From positions 33,730,001 through 33,790,000 of the forward strand of contig OZ249436.1 of NCBI GenBank assembly GCA_965235115.1: a stretch of 60,000 nt of DNA, read 5' to 3'. Origin of the DNA: Laetmonice hystrix (Eukaryota). Below are positions 1 through 12,402 of the stretch, piece after piece. A program made the position numbers and the translations under genes. The first letter of the stretch is position 1. The number at the start of each line of letters is the position of its first letter. Below the pieces are notes generated by a model that was not told the origin of the DNA, made no database searches, and saw nothing but the letters and a program-made list of their open reading frames with translations.

Positions 1-269
1 TGTAGGCCTATATCAGTTGCTGTCCAGGATTATTGAGTTTAGATCTATGCCTGTCTATCAAGAGCGAGGCGTGACAGAATCACCTGACCCTGTGCATCCG
101 TCACGGCGATTTTGTGATTCCGTCACATCCATACTTCATTATCTTAAAAGGAAAAATACCCTCAAAGTAGGCTAATATTGGGTGGAACCCGTCTTTTCAA
201 TTAGAAAATGCAAAAAGAAGTTTCATAAAAGAGTATTGCTATAAGCAGCGAAATACTACGGCTGCCCAG

Positions 270-415
270 AAATTCCTTGTCTTCACAGTGAAATTCCTTG
301 TCTTCACGGTGAAATTCCTTGTCTTCACAGGCGATTCCTTGTCTTTTCACTTAATCCCTTGTCTTCACAGACAGTTCCTGAAATCCTGCGCTTCACAGTC
401 AAATCCTTGTCGACA
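270..415. repeat. Degenerating ~21-bp tandem repeat (AAATTCCTTGTCTTCACAGTG), about 7 units
   Basis: TCCTTGTCTTCAC core recurs at about 21-bp spacing and decays rightwards. Confidence 0.85.
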
Positions 416-764
416 CACTAAGTGTCTTATCTCTCTCGTTGGCACAGTACCGTAGTGCCACCTGCCGGAACGCATGTATAACTTTCGTACATGTACCTTA
501 TTGCGGGCACATGGAGGCCACCGCTTCCCTTAATTTTAGGGTGTCAGTCCCTAGCGATACAACCTGACGGTGGAACTGGGAAACTACTGTAATTGATAGA
601 ATGAAATTTTGTACATACAATGATGATCATGTTGGTGTTTTATTTTAATCTATCCAATAATCTTCACGCCAGCATGCAATGGTGGATTAACCAGAGAGTG
701 TAGTAAAATTAATAAAATACCTATAAATATAAAAAATGGCTCATATGGCTCATAAATAGGAGAT

Positions 765-1230
765 TGGGGGCAATTGTAACATTTTTCACACTATTGGTGT
801 TTACGGAAAGCCCAACTAAACTAGAGGACCTTCAATAATATCGACATTTACCCCAATGTTTCCTCCATAGTATACAGACCAAAATGGTAAAAATTAAACG
901 ATACGTTATAGAGAACGGGACAATTTTCAAACGGGTGTCGAGTGTTACAATCGTCCCCTATATCCGGCTCAATTGTAACACCCCATGGTGAATTGTAACG
1001 GGACGAAAAAGAGGTAAAATGTCCATTTGGAAAATTCTCAATACTATTTGAACAAATACAAAAGACTGCTCTTATTTCAGAAAAAGGATATTACAATTAC
1101 ATAAAACATGAATGCCACCCAACACATGCCACCCAAATGTACATAGATGGTTGGAATGATTAAGAATTATCAGGTGCCTGGGACTGGGTGTTAATTGTAT
1201 TCAATTGTAACGTGTTACAATATCGTCCCC
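765..1230. mobile_element. Probable DNA-transposon relic with AATTGTAAC / GTTACAAT..CCCC subterminal motifs
   Basis: GGGGCAATTGTAAC near 767; inverted GTTACAAT(AT)CGTCCCC near 944 and 1214; further AATTGTAAC copies; no clear TSD. Confidence 0.35.
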
Positions 1231-1508
1231 TGGCAGATGCGCCAGTCTGTCATGTTCATGCCCCCACATTATTTGGCCTAAGCCAAAAGTACATTGTATG
1301 GTAGCAATTTAATTCACGGGTAAAATCGACCGTATATATCTCTAAATGTTAGGACATTAGAAGAAAAAATGCAAAATGCCGAAAAATCACTCATGTGGTC
1401 GAAAAAAGTTTTTTTCCTAATAAAACGGCTGTACGTCGTGCGATTCATTTGCTTCTTTCCCACAGGTGAGAAGCGACAACAGCCATCTGTTTCGTGTAGG
1501 CCTATGTG

Positions 1509-2107
1509 CGAAAGCCCAGAAGGCTCATTCGAATTTCGAAATTCGATTTTCAAATTTCGAAAGGCTGCGGAAAGTGTATCATTGTGCGCTGTTTTGTTCG
1601 AATGCTGGTCGCAGCTTGAATTTCTCCCCGCTTTGGACCTTTGAGGCTAACCCAGCCCATCGTAACCTACTGTTTCCTAATAAATAAGAATGGAGAAACG
1701 CAATTCTTATTTAATATATTTATAGCTTGATTCGCCGTCCAAGATATAGTGTCGCTGTTACTGGACTTAGCATGAGCATTTCTTGACAGGGAGACGGCAA
1801 AAAAGACGGTGGACATTATAGGCTAAATATGTCTAGAGTCGGTGGTGCTTCCAGTGTGCACGATAGATTTATAACATTAAATATTGGGTGGCCAGGGCCA
1901 TTATACCTTCACTGGCTTCAGGGTGTACACACATCTATGTAGATAGACATAGGCCCTATAATATTATAATGTATATACTCTATAGGCCAACGTCTGATAT
2001 GATAGAGGCCTACATCATGTTTATAGACCTATCGCATATTAAGGGGGTTTGTGGTTGGCTGTTTAAATTTCGAGTTTCAAATTTCGAATGAGCCTTCTGG
2101 GCTTTCG
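1509..2107. mobile_element. MITE-like element with 25-bp perfect terminal inverted repeats
   Basis: CGAAAGCCCAGAAGGCTCATTCGAA (1509-1533) is the reverse complement of 2083-2107; flanked by TG and TA (possible decayed TA TSD); subterminal TTTCGAA repeats. Confidence 0.75.
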
Positions 2108-2266
2108 TACCTAGGCTATTTACGGCAACAATATAAACCTAAGGTCGGTGGGTTTTGTTTGAACTTGCTAACCACGCACGCTCGTCAGACTACAGCTGGA
2201 GACGACCAAGTGATTGACCTAACTTGTAATTGTATTAGGCCTAACTAGGCGTACAAACAAACAATC

Positions 2267-3850
2267 ATGCCGTTCTCTCTAACTCGGAGCAGAGCTTGCT
2301 GTATTGTTTGCACAATTGCACTCGTGTGCTGTGTTTTCCCATGGATGTACATTTACAGAGAGCATGCCATATGTAAACCATACAGATGGGCAAGGAACGG
2401 TTTTGACCAGCGCAAAACGACATCACTCGTTGACGTGCCACCATCAAATGTTTTTGTAAGATATGCTGCTGAATTTCACCAATTTCATACATATCTGACA
2501 GATATTCTGCACTATAATTCACGACCTGTGGCCCCGTCAAACAGGCCTACACCACTACAATCTACCGTTGGTGCGGTTCCAATTCTGATGCAGTACATGA
2601 CCAACAATTCAACCCAGATGAAGAGAAGGTATGCTCAAGTTATCAAGGATACGTTACACAGAGCAAAAGAACAGAGGTCAATGTACCGCTACCACGTGAC
2701 TCTGCAGAGTGCACCAAGGGAAGACCATCCCAGGACAGCCATCATATCGGTGACGGAATGCCTGTGTGCCAACAGGTACTCTCCGAATAGGTCTAAAAAC
2801 ATACGCCAGAATGACTCTTCCTGCGTGCGAGAGAAGACGTCACGTGGTGGGTCGGCCATCCGGACGAAAATGAACGGTCCACACACACGTGACGTCTGCC
2901 ACGTTAGGGACCATCTCAATGGAACCTACCATCTGTCGTGTCCCATATACGAAGCTAACTCCACAGTTGAGGTTCAACTCATCCGACTTCTCTGGACGCA
3001 ATACACCACCTCGAATGTGACAAAAAGGATCGTCGGTACAATAACAGACCTTCGTCCCGTCACTGGGTTCGAACTGCGTGTTGCTGAAGACACTGTTTAC
3101 AATATGAAAATTGATTCATGGGTCAAAGATGTTGGGGGCCGCTGGCAGTGGTACAAGGGCGGTCGACGCCATCAAAGCTTAAACAAGGAACAACTTAAGC
3201 AATGTCTTCGGCAGATATCAAATCTTGTTGCAATCGGCGATTCTCATATGCGGTTTAATATGTATTATCTATATCTACAATTAGGGTTGTTGGACCTAGA
3301 CACGCCCAAAAACCTCACGTCACGGTACGTACGAGAAAATATTGCTTTTTATTGGTCCAGCACCACAAAAGAGTTGGTGGGGGAACTGGAGAAACTCTAC
3401 GAGAATATGCATTCCAGTAAACTCCATGCTTCAACTCGGACCTCCAAACCTGATGTTCTGATAATTAACTCATTCTTTCACGATATAAGGGCAAATCAAC
3501 TAGTACGTTATGTGGAAGGAATGGAGTTGATATTTAAAACGATTGCCAATCTGAAACACCAAAAAGGTGAACTGCTCAGAATTATATGGATAGGCACCGC
3601 ACCCATACCGGATCCCCGTAAATATGCCAATAGTGAATTTATAGCTGGGACCCATGGGTGGATCTACCCCCGAATGAGAAACCTGGGTGTTGAGGTGTTT
3701 GATGTCTTCAGGTTACTCCTTCCAGTTCAGAACCAAGGGATGTGCGATGAACACCACTATCTGTGCGTGACCCCGAAGAATAGACGCGTGACTGGTACCG
3801 AGGGTAAAATTGTTGCCGAGGAAATCTTTAAGATGATATGTCGGGTATGA
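2267..3850 (+). CDS. NXPE-like / PC-esterase (SGNH-fold) type II membrane protein, putative glycan O-acyltransferase or esterase, 527 aa, single coding exon
   Basis: Long ORF; N-terminal hydrophobic anchor (CCIVCTIALVCCVFPWMYI); DHLNGTY motif like the NXPE Ig-like domain; AIGDSHMR nucleophile block (GDS at 3236); NSFFHD block; C-terminal DEHH (DxxH, 3746-3757). Confidence 0.8.
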   Translation: MPFSLTRSRACCIVCTIALVCCVFPWMYIYREHAICKPYRWARNGFDQRKTTSLVDVPPSNVFVRYAAEFHQFHTYLTDILHYNSRPVAPSNRPTPLQSTVGAVPILMQYMTNNSTQMKRRYAQVIKDTLHRAKEQRSMYRYHVTLQSAPREDHPRTAIISVTECLCANRYSPNRSKNIRQNDSSCVREKTSRGGSAIRTKMNGPHTRDVCHVRDHLNGTYHLSCPIYEANSTVEVQLIRLLWTQYTTSNVTKRIVGTITDLRPVTGFELRVAEDTVYNMKIDSWVKDVGGRWQWYKGGRRHQSLNKEQLKQCLRQISNLVAIGDSHMRFNMYYLYLQLGLLDLDTPKNLTSRYVRENIAFYWSSTTKELVGELEKLYENMHSSKLHASTRTSKPDVLIINSFFHDIRANQLVRYVEGMELIFKTIANLKHQKGELLRIIWIGTAPIPDPRKYANSEFIAGTHGWIYPRMRNLGVEVFDVFRLLLPVQNQGMCDEHHYLCVTPKNRRVTGTEGKIVAEEIFKMICRV

Positions 3851-3878
3851 CCAGTAATGTTCATTACGTATCCCTTAG

Positions 3879-4179
3879 CAGTGGGGGGTCCAGGATTTTG
3901 ATAAGGGGGGTACGCTCGGCATGATTTTATTGTGATTATGGCCATTTTGGGCCCCTTTTGGTCTATTTCAATGCTGCATGGCCCAGAGTTATGTTGCTCC
4001 TGGATGACCGAGGAGGCCCTATTGGGGCCCGATGTTACTATCACGTACAATATAGGAGGCTTTTCTTAAAGAATCTTGTTGGAATCCTGGTTTCAGGGTC
4101 CGAATAATGCATCTTCTTAAAAAAAGAGGGAGAAAAGAAAATCTAAGGGGCGGACCCGGCCCCCCTGGATCCCCTAGTG
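3879..4179. mobile_element. hAT-like MITE
   Basis: Imperfect TIRs CAGTGGGGGGTCCAGG ... CCTGGATCCCCTAGTG; the CCAGGATTTTGATAAGGGGG motif recurs at 18895-18985. Confidence 0.5.
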
Positions 4180-4789
4180 CTTAGGCATACGCTTTCATAA
4201 CCTTGACCTATGTCAGTTTATTAGTTAGTAGCCTATTATAATATGAGGAAACCATGCATAATAGACCAAGGCCTACATGTACTTTGTTTCACTATACTTC
4301 AGAACTCAGTCAGTCGTGTTTATATGATACCGCCGGTATCTGAAAGAAAGCCTCAACGGAGTAAAGTTCGTAAACTTAATTCCTCAGGCACTTACAGGAT
4401 GACAGTCCGATTTTGGCAATGGTTGGATACCATTTTGTCGGGCCTATATTCTGGTCGAGCCTATATCCCTAGGTACATATTAAAGTGACACGAAAACTTC
4501 CTCAGATACTTACCTTTGAACCCCAGGGACACCATGTTAAAATTCCAGGTTTGAACAATAAGCGAAAGTATTGTCATGCGTCACGGTAATACACTTCTAA
4601 CTTCTAATAAACTTCTAACCTGTTATAGCAAACCTGTGGAGAGAACGTGATCAGCATCATGACCATTTCTTAACTATGATCATAACTCAGACACCGTCTT
4701 TTATGCCGGTGTGGATAGATCTAGATGTCTGCACTGAAGGCTCCCTTCATTTGTCAAACCTCGGAGCCTTTTTGGTCTAAGTCAGCACG

Positions 4790-5661
4790 AGACGATTATA
4801 GTCTTGCTGATGGACGTGATCCACTTGCGTTGCGATGCTTCCGATTCACCCCTTGCGCGGTCTTACGAGATCTTCCGAGGAAAAAAATCCAAATCGGGAA
4901 TACACGCAAGCATTTTAAGTGAATCACGCATTACGAGAGTTCACGAGTGTTCCGAGGGCTTCAGACGTCTTACGAGTGCCAGAGCGCTCTCGGGACCTCC
5001 TTACGAGCAGATCAAAAATGTTAGATATTATCGGAAGAGTGCATAGTGCGTGGCCTCGCGTAACACATGGGAAGATGCATAAAGAGTTCGTAAGCACTCG
5101 GAAGAGCGCGGAACGTCTAAAGCGAACCCAAAAACCTAGGGGCAGCACCATCAGATGATAACTGACCAATCAAATCGCGTATTTCCGTGCAACGGCCTTG
5201 AACTTTCAAGATGGCGAGAGCGACGAGGCCAAAGGCGATTTCATCAGAGGAAAACCCCGCAAAGAAAAAAATGAAGCGATTCCAGATTCCCGTTTGTTAA
5301 TCCATCCCCGGACCCAACATTTATGCTTTCTGTTTTTGTCCTTTTTCCTCTTCTTCCATTTCTTGTTCCTCACCTTCGGCCAAAAAGGTGAAGGTGAGGG
5401 CAACCAGTGCAACCTCCTCGTCCTCCATTTTTGTATTTTTGATGTCCTCTGACGATTGGAAGAGCTCGTAAGACCCAAGTGGATTATGCTTTCCGATTAT
5501 TTTCTTACGAGTGCTTTACGCGGGTTACGTAAGCCTACGATTTCTTACGCGGCCTTACGAGCACTTGTACGTACTTCCGAAGCTTCTGAGACAGAGAAAA
5601 TCGCAGACGCGCGGAAGCCATCGCAACGCAAGTGGATCCCGTGCAAGTATAATTGTACTCT
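4790..5661. mobile_element. Non-autonomous, internally deleted PIF/Harbinger transposon
   Basis: 20-bp perfect inverted repeat GATCCACTTGCGTTGCGATG (4818-4837 / 5619-5638); many CTTACGAG subterminal repeats; minus-strand remnant MEDEEVALVAL..(frameshift)..KRKKDKNRKHKCWVRGWINKRESG resembles the Harbinger transposase N-terminus. Confidence 0.7.
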
Positions 5662-5865
5662 CGACGTATGAGAGGTTGATGCGAGAATCTGAAGTATCGC
5701 GGTTTCTATGTCTAAGGTGGGGTTCACATTGGTCGTCCGACACAGCTTGTGTCGACAGATCTGATGAGATCAGAGACCTGCACGCGTTCATATTGAGCGA
5801 ATCATTCCCGCACTAAAGTTCATATCCATGCACCAGAGCGTGTCGAGAAGCGAATCACCCCACAA

Positions 5866-6892
5866 CAGCCACTAGGTGGCGTCGCAAACGGTCAAGCTGC
5901 CGTTTTAACCAAAAAATGGGTAAAGTCAACTTACCAGTAGACCTCATCAAGTAGTGAGACCTGGCCAAAGGTTTGGTACTGAGATTGAATTGAGATTGAC
6001 GCGTATTTTTTTCATAGTGTGGATAGATTTTCAGGGCGGCATTAATGCACCAGCGCCCCCTGGTGCACTTTGTCGGCAGGCGAGCGTTCAGATTAAAGTT
6101 ACCCGACGTAAGTAGTCTACCGACATAGCTATGCCCCACCCGATACATGTATCTCGGAGGCTTACGCGACGTAAGTTATGTCGGATGATTGCGTTCATAC
6201 ATTACATAAGCGGTCAGTATATAAAGATTTTAGGGGAAGGGTGATAAAATAAGGCCCAGCTAGTATATAGGCCGAAACTAAGAGAACCCTGTTCACCTGT
6301 TCTCTACTTGTTTAGATTACTTTCTTTCTTTCTTTGGACCAGTGGGCGGTTACAGCTACAGGTTATTGTTGACGTCTCCTGAGACGGTTAATCCCCCATG
6401 GTAACTTCCAGTCCCAGTCAAAATTTGGTAATGGTTCGGGTTAAGGTCTGGGATAGGGATAGGGATAGTATGTCTTTGGGAGATGTAGGGACCGAGGTTA
6501 GGAGTTAGGGATAAGATCAGGGCTATGAATCTTTACTTCCGACAAAATTTCGTGGGTTTGAAGTTATACCACGGGGGATAGAGGCCTACCCTTGAGACGG
6601 GCCTCAGGCGCGGACACGACCTCTCTAAAGCCGCTTTCACATGCATACGGTGTGCGGCGTGCGGCATGCGGCGTGCGTTTTTGTTAATAATGTAGCCAAT
6701 GTAAATCGCCGCACACCGCAAACCGCGGGCATGTGAACGGTTATATCTATTTTCAGTTGTTTCAATTCTGCAAAAACGCACACCGCACGCCGCACGCCGC
6801 AAACCGTGTGCATGTGAAAGCGGCTTAACACGACCTCCCGCTCACCTTGCGGCAAATTTGGGTAGTTCCCCTTTGAAACAACAGGTGGCGCC
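5866..6892. promoter_or_regulatory. Cluster of CTCF-like motifs
   Basis: CAGCCACTAGGTGGCGTC (5866, +), TGCACCAGGGGGCGCTG (6051-6067, -), CAACAGGTGGCGCC (6879, +). Confidence 0.5.
6629..6825. mobile_element. PIF/Harbinger (Tourist-like) MITE, 197 bp
   Basis: Long TIR starting AGCCGCTTTCACATGCA; TAA target-site duplication at 6626-6628 and 6826-6828; internal TGCGGCG heptamer repeats. Confidence 0.9.
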
Positions 6893-7540
6893 TGTAGATC
6901 AACCACCTCAAGAAAAGTCCACCTTGTCCTTTAGAAATACATGTATCAGACATGCTGATATTTCATACGTTTTATAACGCTGTTTCACACATATAGAATG
7001 AATTGTTGGCTGTCTCCGTGACCATGAGATATAGGCCTAGTGCATGCACAAGCGGAAATGTTAAACTTCAGTTGAAAACATTTTCTTGAAAATATTTTAT
7101 TCTTTCAGTGTTGTATTCTCATTAAATATCCAATTGGGATCTATTACGTACTGTGAAACGGTGAGGACAGGGCTGAATCAATACTTAACTACATTACTAA
7201 GAGATAACATGGCAGCGTCACAATATGAGGACATAGTAGGCGAGTATTCGATACTGTAGTTTGATTATCTATGAACTGTGAAAGTTATGTATCAAAAATA
7301 AGATTCGCAAGATTATCGATATATTTTAACAGTACAACTATTCTAATTATAACAATATGATAACTATGATTCTAGCCAAATAAACAAAAAGCGGCAAAAA
7401 ATATTTACTATAAAAATATTTCTTTTTTTTAAATTTACGTCATTACTTGTGACATATTATCGCTACAAAGCATATAAAGAGGAATTAGCATTCTTAGACA
7501 TCCACTCTTGTTATGTACGTCGATCATTTTCAGCCCACTT

Positions 7541-7643
7541 CCCAGCCTCAGTCCCCACCCTAGCCCCATGCATGCCATAAACACCCACTACACCTCCCAG
7601 CCTCAGTCCCCACCCCAGCCCCATGCATGCCATAAACACCCAC
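7541..7643. repeat. Tandem duplication, ~55-bp period, 2 copies
   Basis: CCCAGCCTCAGTCCCCACCCYAGCCCCATGCATGCCATAAACACCCAC occurs twice. Confidence 0.85.
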
Positions 7644-10600
7644 CACCACAGTACAGACTTGGCCCAAAATCGAGTTCTATTTAAAATGGTCTCCTGGAAG
7701 ACTCAGCTTGACGCGTCTGTGTATACATTTACTTTTTGCATTCTCTTTTTTTCCAGTGATTCAGGCTTAGATTTCCCTCCGCCATAATAGTAAGTGGTAA
7801 CTATTATCATTGCCGTACCAATTTCTTTGACCAGGTCCACATGGCCATTATGCCACTGCATATTTAAATGACTTATTGCTTCAGCAAAATAAATTCCTCT
7901 TCGCCAAACTCGAGCTATATCGTTTCCTTCTTATTTTTATAAGTTCAGGCCTATCTCCTGTATATCCTAGTACTATTCATAAGGCTTCTGCTGAAGCGAT
8001 TCGTAGAAGAGGAAGGAAGTGTAATCTATATGTTTATCCCCCGAATGTTAAATAGAAATGCTGGCCACTTCGTTGTAGAAAGACACGATCGTGTCTAAAG
8101 ATTCTTGGCCGTGTTAGTTTTCTAGACGGGCCGTGTTAGTCTCAACAGATGGGGGTCATTATAAGTTAACAAAGAAAAGAAAGAGTTGTCCCGAACGAGA
8201 ATCACATAACACCAACCCTTCCTTAAAAAGGCCCCGTTTTCCTGTCAACGAATAAGTCTTATTAAAGTAAAGTTGTGGTCCGAGTTCGAGCGTCTGAAGT
8301 ACCTCCTCAGAAACGGTTTTTAGAGCGCATCCCTCAGGGGTCAAAAGGGTCAGGTGTGCAGTCAGAAAACGAGTACACCTAGTATAGTATACCTTCATCT
8401 TTCCCCCACACGAGCACGAGCCGTATATAAATATATATGAGTGGTAGGCCTATAGGATAACGCAAATCTCCATCCCAGTGTGAAGTATAAAACGTCACCA
8501 CCACTCACTGCTAGGATGTCAGCATTTCCCCTGGGAGAAAAGATTTATTTGCTTTAGTCCAATTTAAGAGAGGGACATTTCAGACCTCCAAGTAGTGTCC
8601 TCGGTACAAAGTACAACTTGCGCTGCTCGTATGGCCTTTAGGGCGTGTAGGAATGTCTAGTGAAAGGGCAGCTTGCCTCTCGTCTGCTTCTGGGACCACG
8701 GGCCCGCCAAATACAGCCACGACGTCCCTCTGCACGGAGACAGGGGGGCAAGGGAAATGAACTAGGGCATGACAAGTTAAACCCTTCTGCCTCCCTTATT
8801 TCCATCACAATGCCGGGGCTAAGACTGTGGCATTTTCCAGGTAGTTCATTGAGGCAAATGGCGGGAAATCTGTAGCTCATGAGGAAATCACCCATCACCT
8901 GTATGTAGTGGTTTAGGTTATAATGTACATACATGTTGACCGATCCTTTAGATCCTTCCATTGATTGTCCAAATAAATGGGTCTTTCAAACCTTCATGAG
9001 AGATGACCTCAATTGGTACATTGGAATCCCCATCAGAACATAAGAACATTTCACCTGTTTAGATGTAGGCCTATATATAGCTAAGAACTCCGTCATTCGA
9101 ACGCTCTGACTTTGCTCCCTCTGTACGTAATGGGCAATCATGCTTAGAAAGGTTCATGAAGATGTCATATCTACGACCGTAAAAACCAAACTTTCAACTG
9201 GTTAGCCGAACCGGAAAATTATAATTGATATACAGCTTAAAATATTAAAAAATTAGCCTACTATATGGCAGATTGCTTCTTTACACGATGACCTATATAG
9301 TCACTTTTATTACGTTCAGATAATATTACGCAACCATGTTTAACAGTAATGTGTAGAATGGCATTTACTTAAGGACCAACCACAAACAAACACACAAGGA
9401 ATTCCGAAGGGGCACGGAGGGGTGGGGGCTGTAGGCCTTTGATCTATCGATATGCTTTACATAATCGCAGTATACGTGTCTATGCCGTATAAAACGATTC
9501 GCAACTGAATTTAAAATAATTATTGAGAGCGTTTGCGCCACAAGACACGATTCCATCGGATCGTACGATGTCGTGGTTGTTGTGGGTTTTTTAAAATTAC
9601 ATATTCAAAATTCTACGGTAGTGCGATGGATAATGATTATCGTACCATAATGGCGTCATATTGTGGGGAGTGTATTTGCGCATGCGTTGAATAGTAATAA
9701 TTCAATATCATACGATATCCCACATATTTTAATGCAATGATCGCAGAATGTGCATTATGGAGGTTATACACCCTGCGACCGACAGTTTGCCATTCCTCGC
9801 AATTTGCTTGAGACGTAGAAGAGTGTAGATTTAGGATAATACAGTACGTCCCTTGAATGACGAGAAAAATACCTCTCAAGTTGCAGTATCAGTTTGGGGT
9901 ATCATACCAGTCTACATCTGAAACATTAGAGCACAACAGTCGTAGCCAAAAACACCGTGACTTGGCCGTATGTGCTGTGTACAGAATTTTGACGTCATGT
10001 TTTGTTCGGTTGCCATTTTATTTCTCTGTGGTTAACGATAAGCTTGGGTAAAAAGTAGCTCTCCTCCAGGAACCTTTTTTTATATCAATGTAAGTCATGC
10101 ATGACGTTGATTCCATAGCCTACGCTTCATTTACTTCTTGTACATGTGATTCTTCCGGGCAGTGCAATGCAGTTGCATCATACCCGTCAGGAAAAATATT
10201 ATTGGAATGTTGAACGATCTAATTGACCTCCGCCAGTTCCCATTTCTTTTACATGATAGGGACACTCCTATACTTATAAGCTTATGGAAAATGTGCATTA
10301 TCGGCTTGTGATTGTTTTTAAGTATTTCTTATTAACTAAATAGAAGAGCCCCCCCCCCTCACCCGTGGTTAACTTTTACTCCACCTAACTGTCCCATAAA
10401 TATACAGGGCCCGAACCAAAGAAAATCGAGTGATCTGACAGGCCCGAACCCGTCATTCTATGTCCCACCACCCCAGCCACCACCCCACCACCCCAGCCAC
10501 CACCCCACCACTTTCCTGTCGGTTTCTTCATTTATCAGGACCAAATAGAGCAGTAACTGCCGCATCCTCTCCGTTGTTGGCCTGCTTCCTCTGTGCCGGA

Positions 10601-12347
10601 CTGCAGCAAATGTGAGACGTTACGCCAAACCAAGCCAACCGTGACGGCGCTTACAGATCCTATAACGTCACACCGCCTTCCAACCCATCCCTACAGCTCA
10701 TTTGTATGCAGAATGAATCTTGCGATGACACATGGTGAAGATGTATATTTTTAGAGGTCGATCCGGTTGAATACGCTCCAGATGATTTTACCTTGAAAAT
10801 GTGTCGGGGACTTGGGGGAGTACGCAAAAACCTGCTCGGGGGCGGGGGAGGGGAGGGGGGTTGGGGATGGGGAGGGGGTGGAAAGGGGGGCCGCTATAAG
10901 TTTGTACCTTTAGAAAGTCTTCCCTATGTCTGTGATGAGTTGGCCTACATACATAAACTGTACACCCGTGTATAATCCCTATTCTAACCGTATATACATG
11001 TAAATTTCTATATTCATGCGTAAACTTTTAAAAGCACGTATACAGACGTATGTACGAATACGTAATATCTATGCGTTTACGTAAGAAGTTAGCAGGAGCG
11101 TCGAAATGCCTCAAGAATTTTTTCTGGATATGACGTAAGGTATACCTTGCGTCATATCCAAAAGTTTCCTTAACTCTTTTAAGGATGGAGAGCTCGTCGT
11201 AATGACTTCCTGGTACACTTACATTGGTGTTATACATACAGGTTGCGTAATCAGTACCGTAATGAGTTGCGTAATGAGTTTGTGTATTTTACGTCTCACC
11301 ACCCAATAGAATCCATTTGTGGATTCCGGGGACCGAGTGTTGATCAGAATTATAGGTTGGTCGCTGAACTCAAAAATAGGTCGGATCGGGACCTGCTGCA
11401 TGTTTAAACTTTACTTAGTGTTACAGGTTTGCACCAAAGGGGTAACAGGGGAAATCTCTTACAATTTTGTAATTATCATTAATTGTCGGCGCAGCAATTA
11501 AGCGCCGCGGCAACATTATAATTACAAATGTATAATGGAGTATACGTGGTTTGCTCTGGTCCTCTCTATCTCTGATGGACTATACCATTTGGGAGCTCTT
11601 CCAGCAGAATACTCTACATTTATTCATGGGTTTCTAAGCACCAGTCCCTGGCAGTCTAAATCGGTCTCTGAGTTCACACTGGACTCTCCGTCGGTCTATA
11701 CAATAGGGTCATGCCAGCTAAGATATATAACATCAGCAAGAATATGGTAGTTGGGCGTTTCATGTTCTGTCCTGGTGGTCTCTGACCGCTAAGGAGGCCT
11801 ATCCACTGCCCTGAGGGCAAAACCAGTCTCTGTCTGGCTAAGGGGGTGTAGAGAACAAGGCTATACAAGACATGGGTAATACATATGTATACAGATATAC
11901 AAGGGACATATCCACAAAGCCTTTTCCTTTCAGTAACTGCAAGATATCGGGTAGCATACGAAACCTATAGCTTTCAAGGCCCAAATTGTCTGCTGACCCT
12001 CACGATGTTGTTCGCCTAGTAGTTGAATTGTCATCCTTCTGGTCATCCAGTCAGGGCGGGATGTCTGTTGCTGTGATCCGCCGGCGTCATTGCTAGGTCA
12101 GTGTCACAGTGATGTGTATTCATGGTAGCATTGTCCCCGGTCATTGGCGTCAAAGCACATAATTAAGGTGGTCAGGAACTAGACGGGAGAATTCCGTAGC
12201 CGGGGGCAGGTAGACAAAGCACGCCACACCGGTCATTTCAGTGGCCTGGGACGGGAAATTTTCTACGAGTAACCGGGCGACAGCAGGCGGCGGGGGTGTT
12301 TTTGTTGTTGTTTTGCTGGTTTGGGGCGTGCTTTTATTGTGTGGTTT

Positions 12348-12402
12348 TCTTCTTCTTCTTCTTCTTCTTCTTCTTCTTCTTCTTCTTCTTCTTCTTTCTT
12401 CT
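12348..12402. repeat. (CTT)n microsatellite
   Basis: Seen directly; explains the poly-R/L/F/K ORFs here. Confidence 0.95.

Noticed and set aside
5131..5150. Additional CTCF site
   Set aside because: The core is one G short and it lies inside a transposon.
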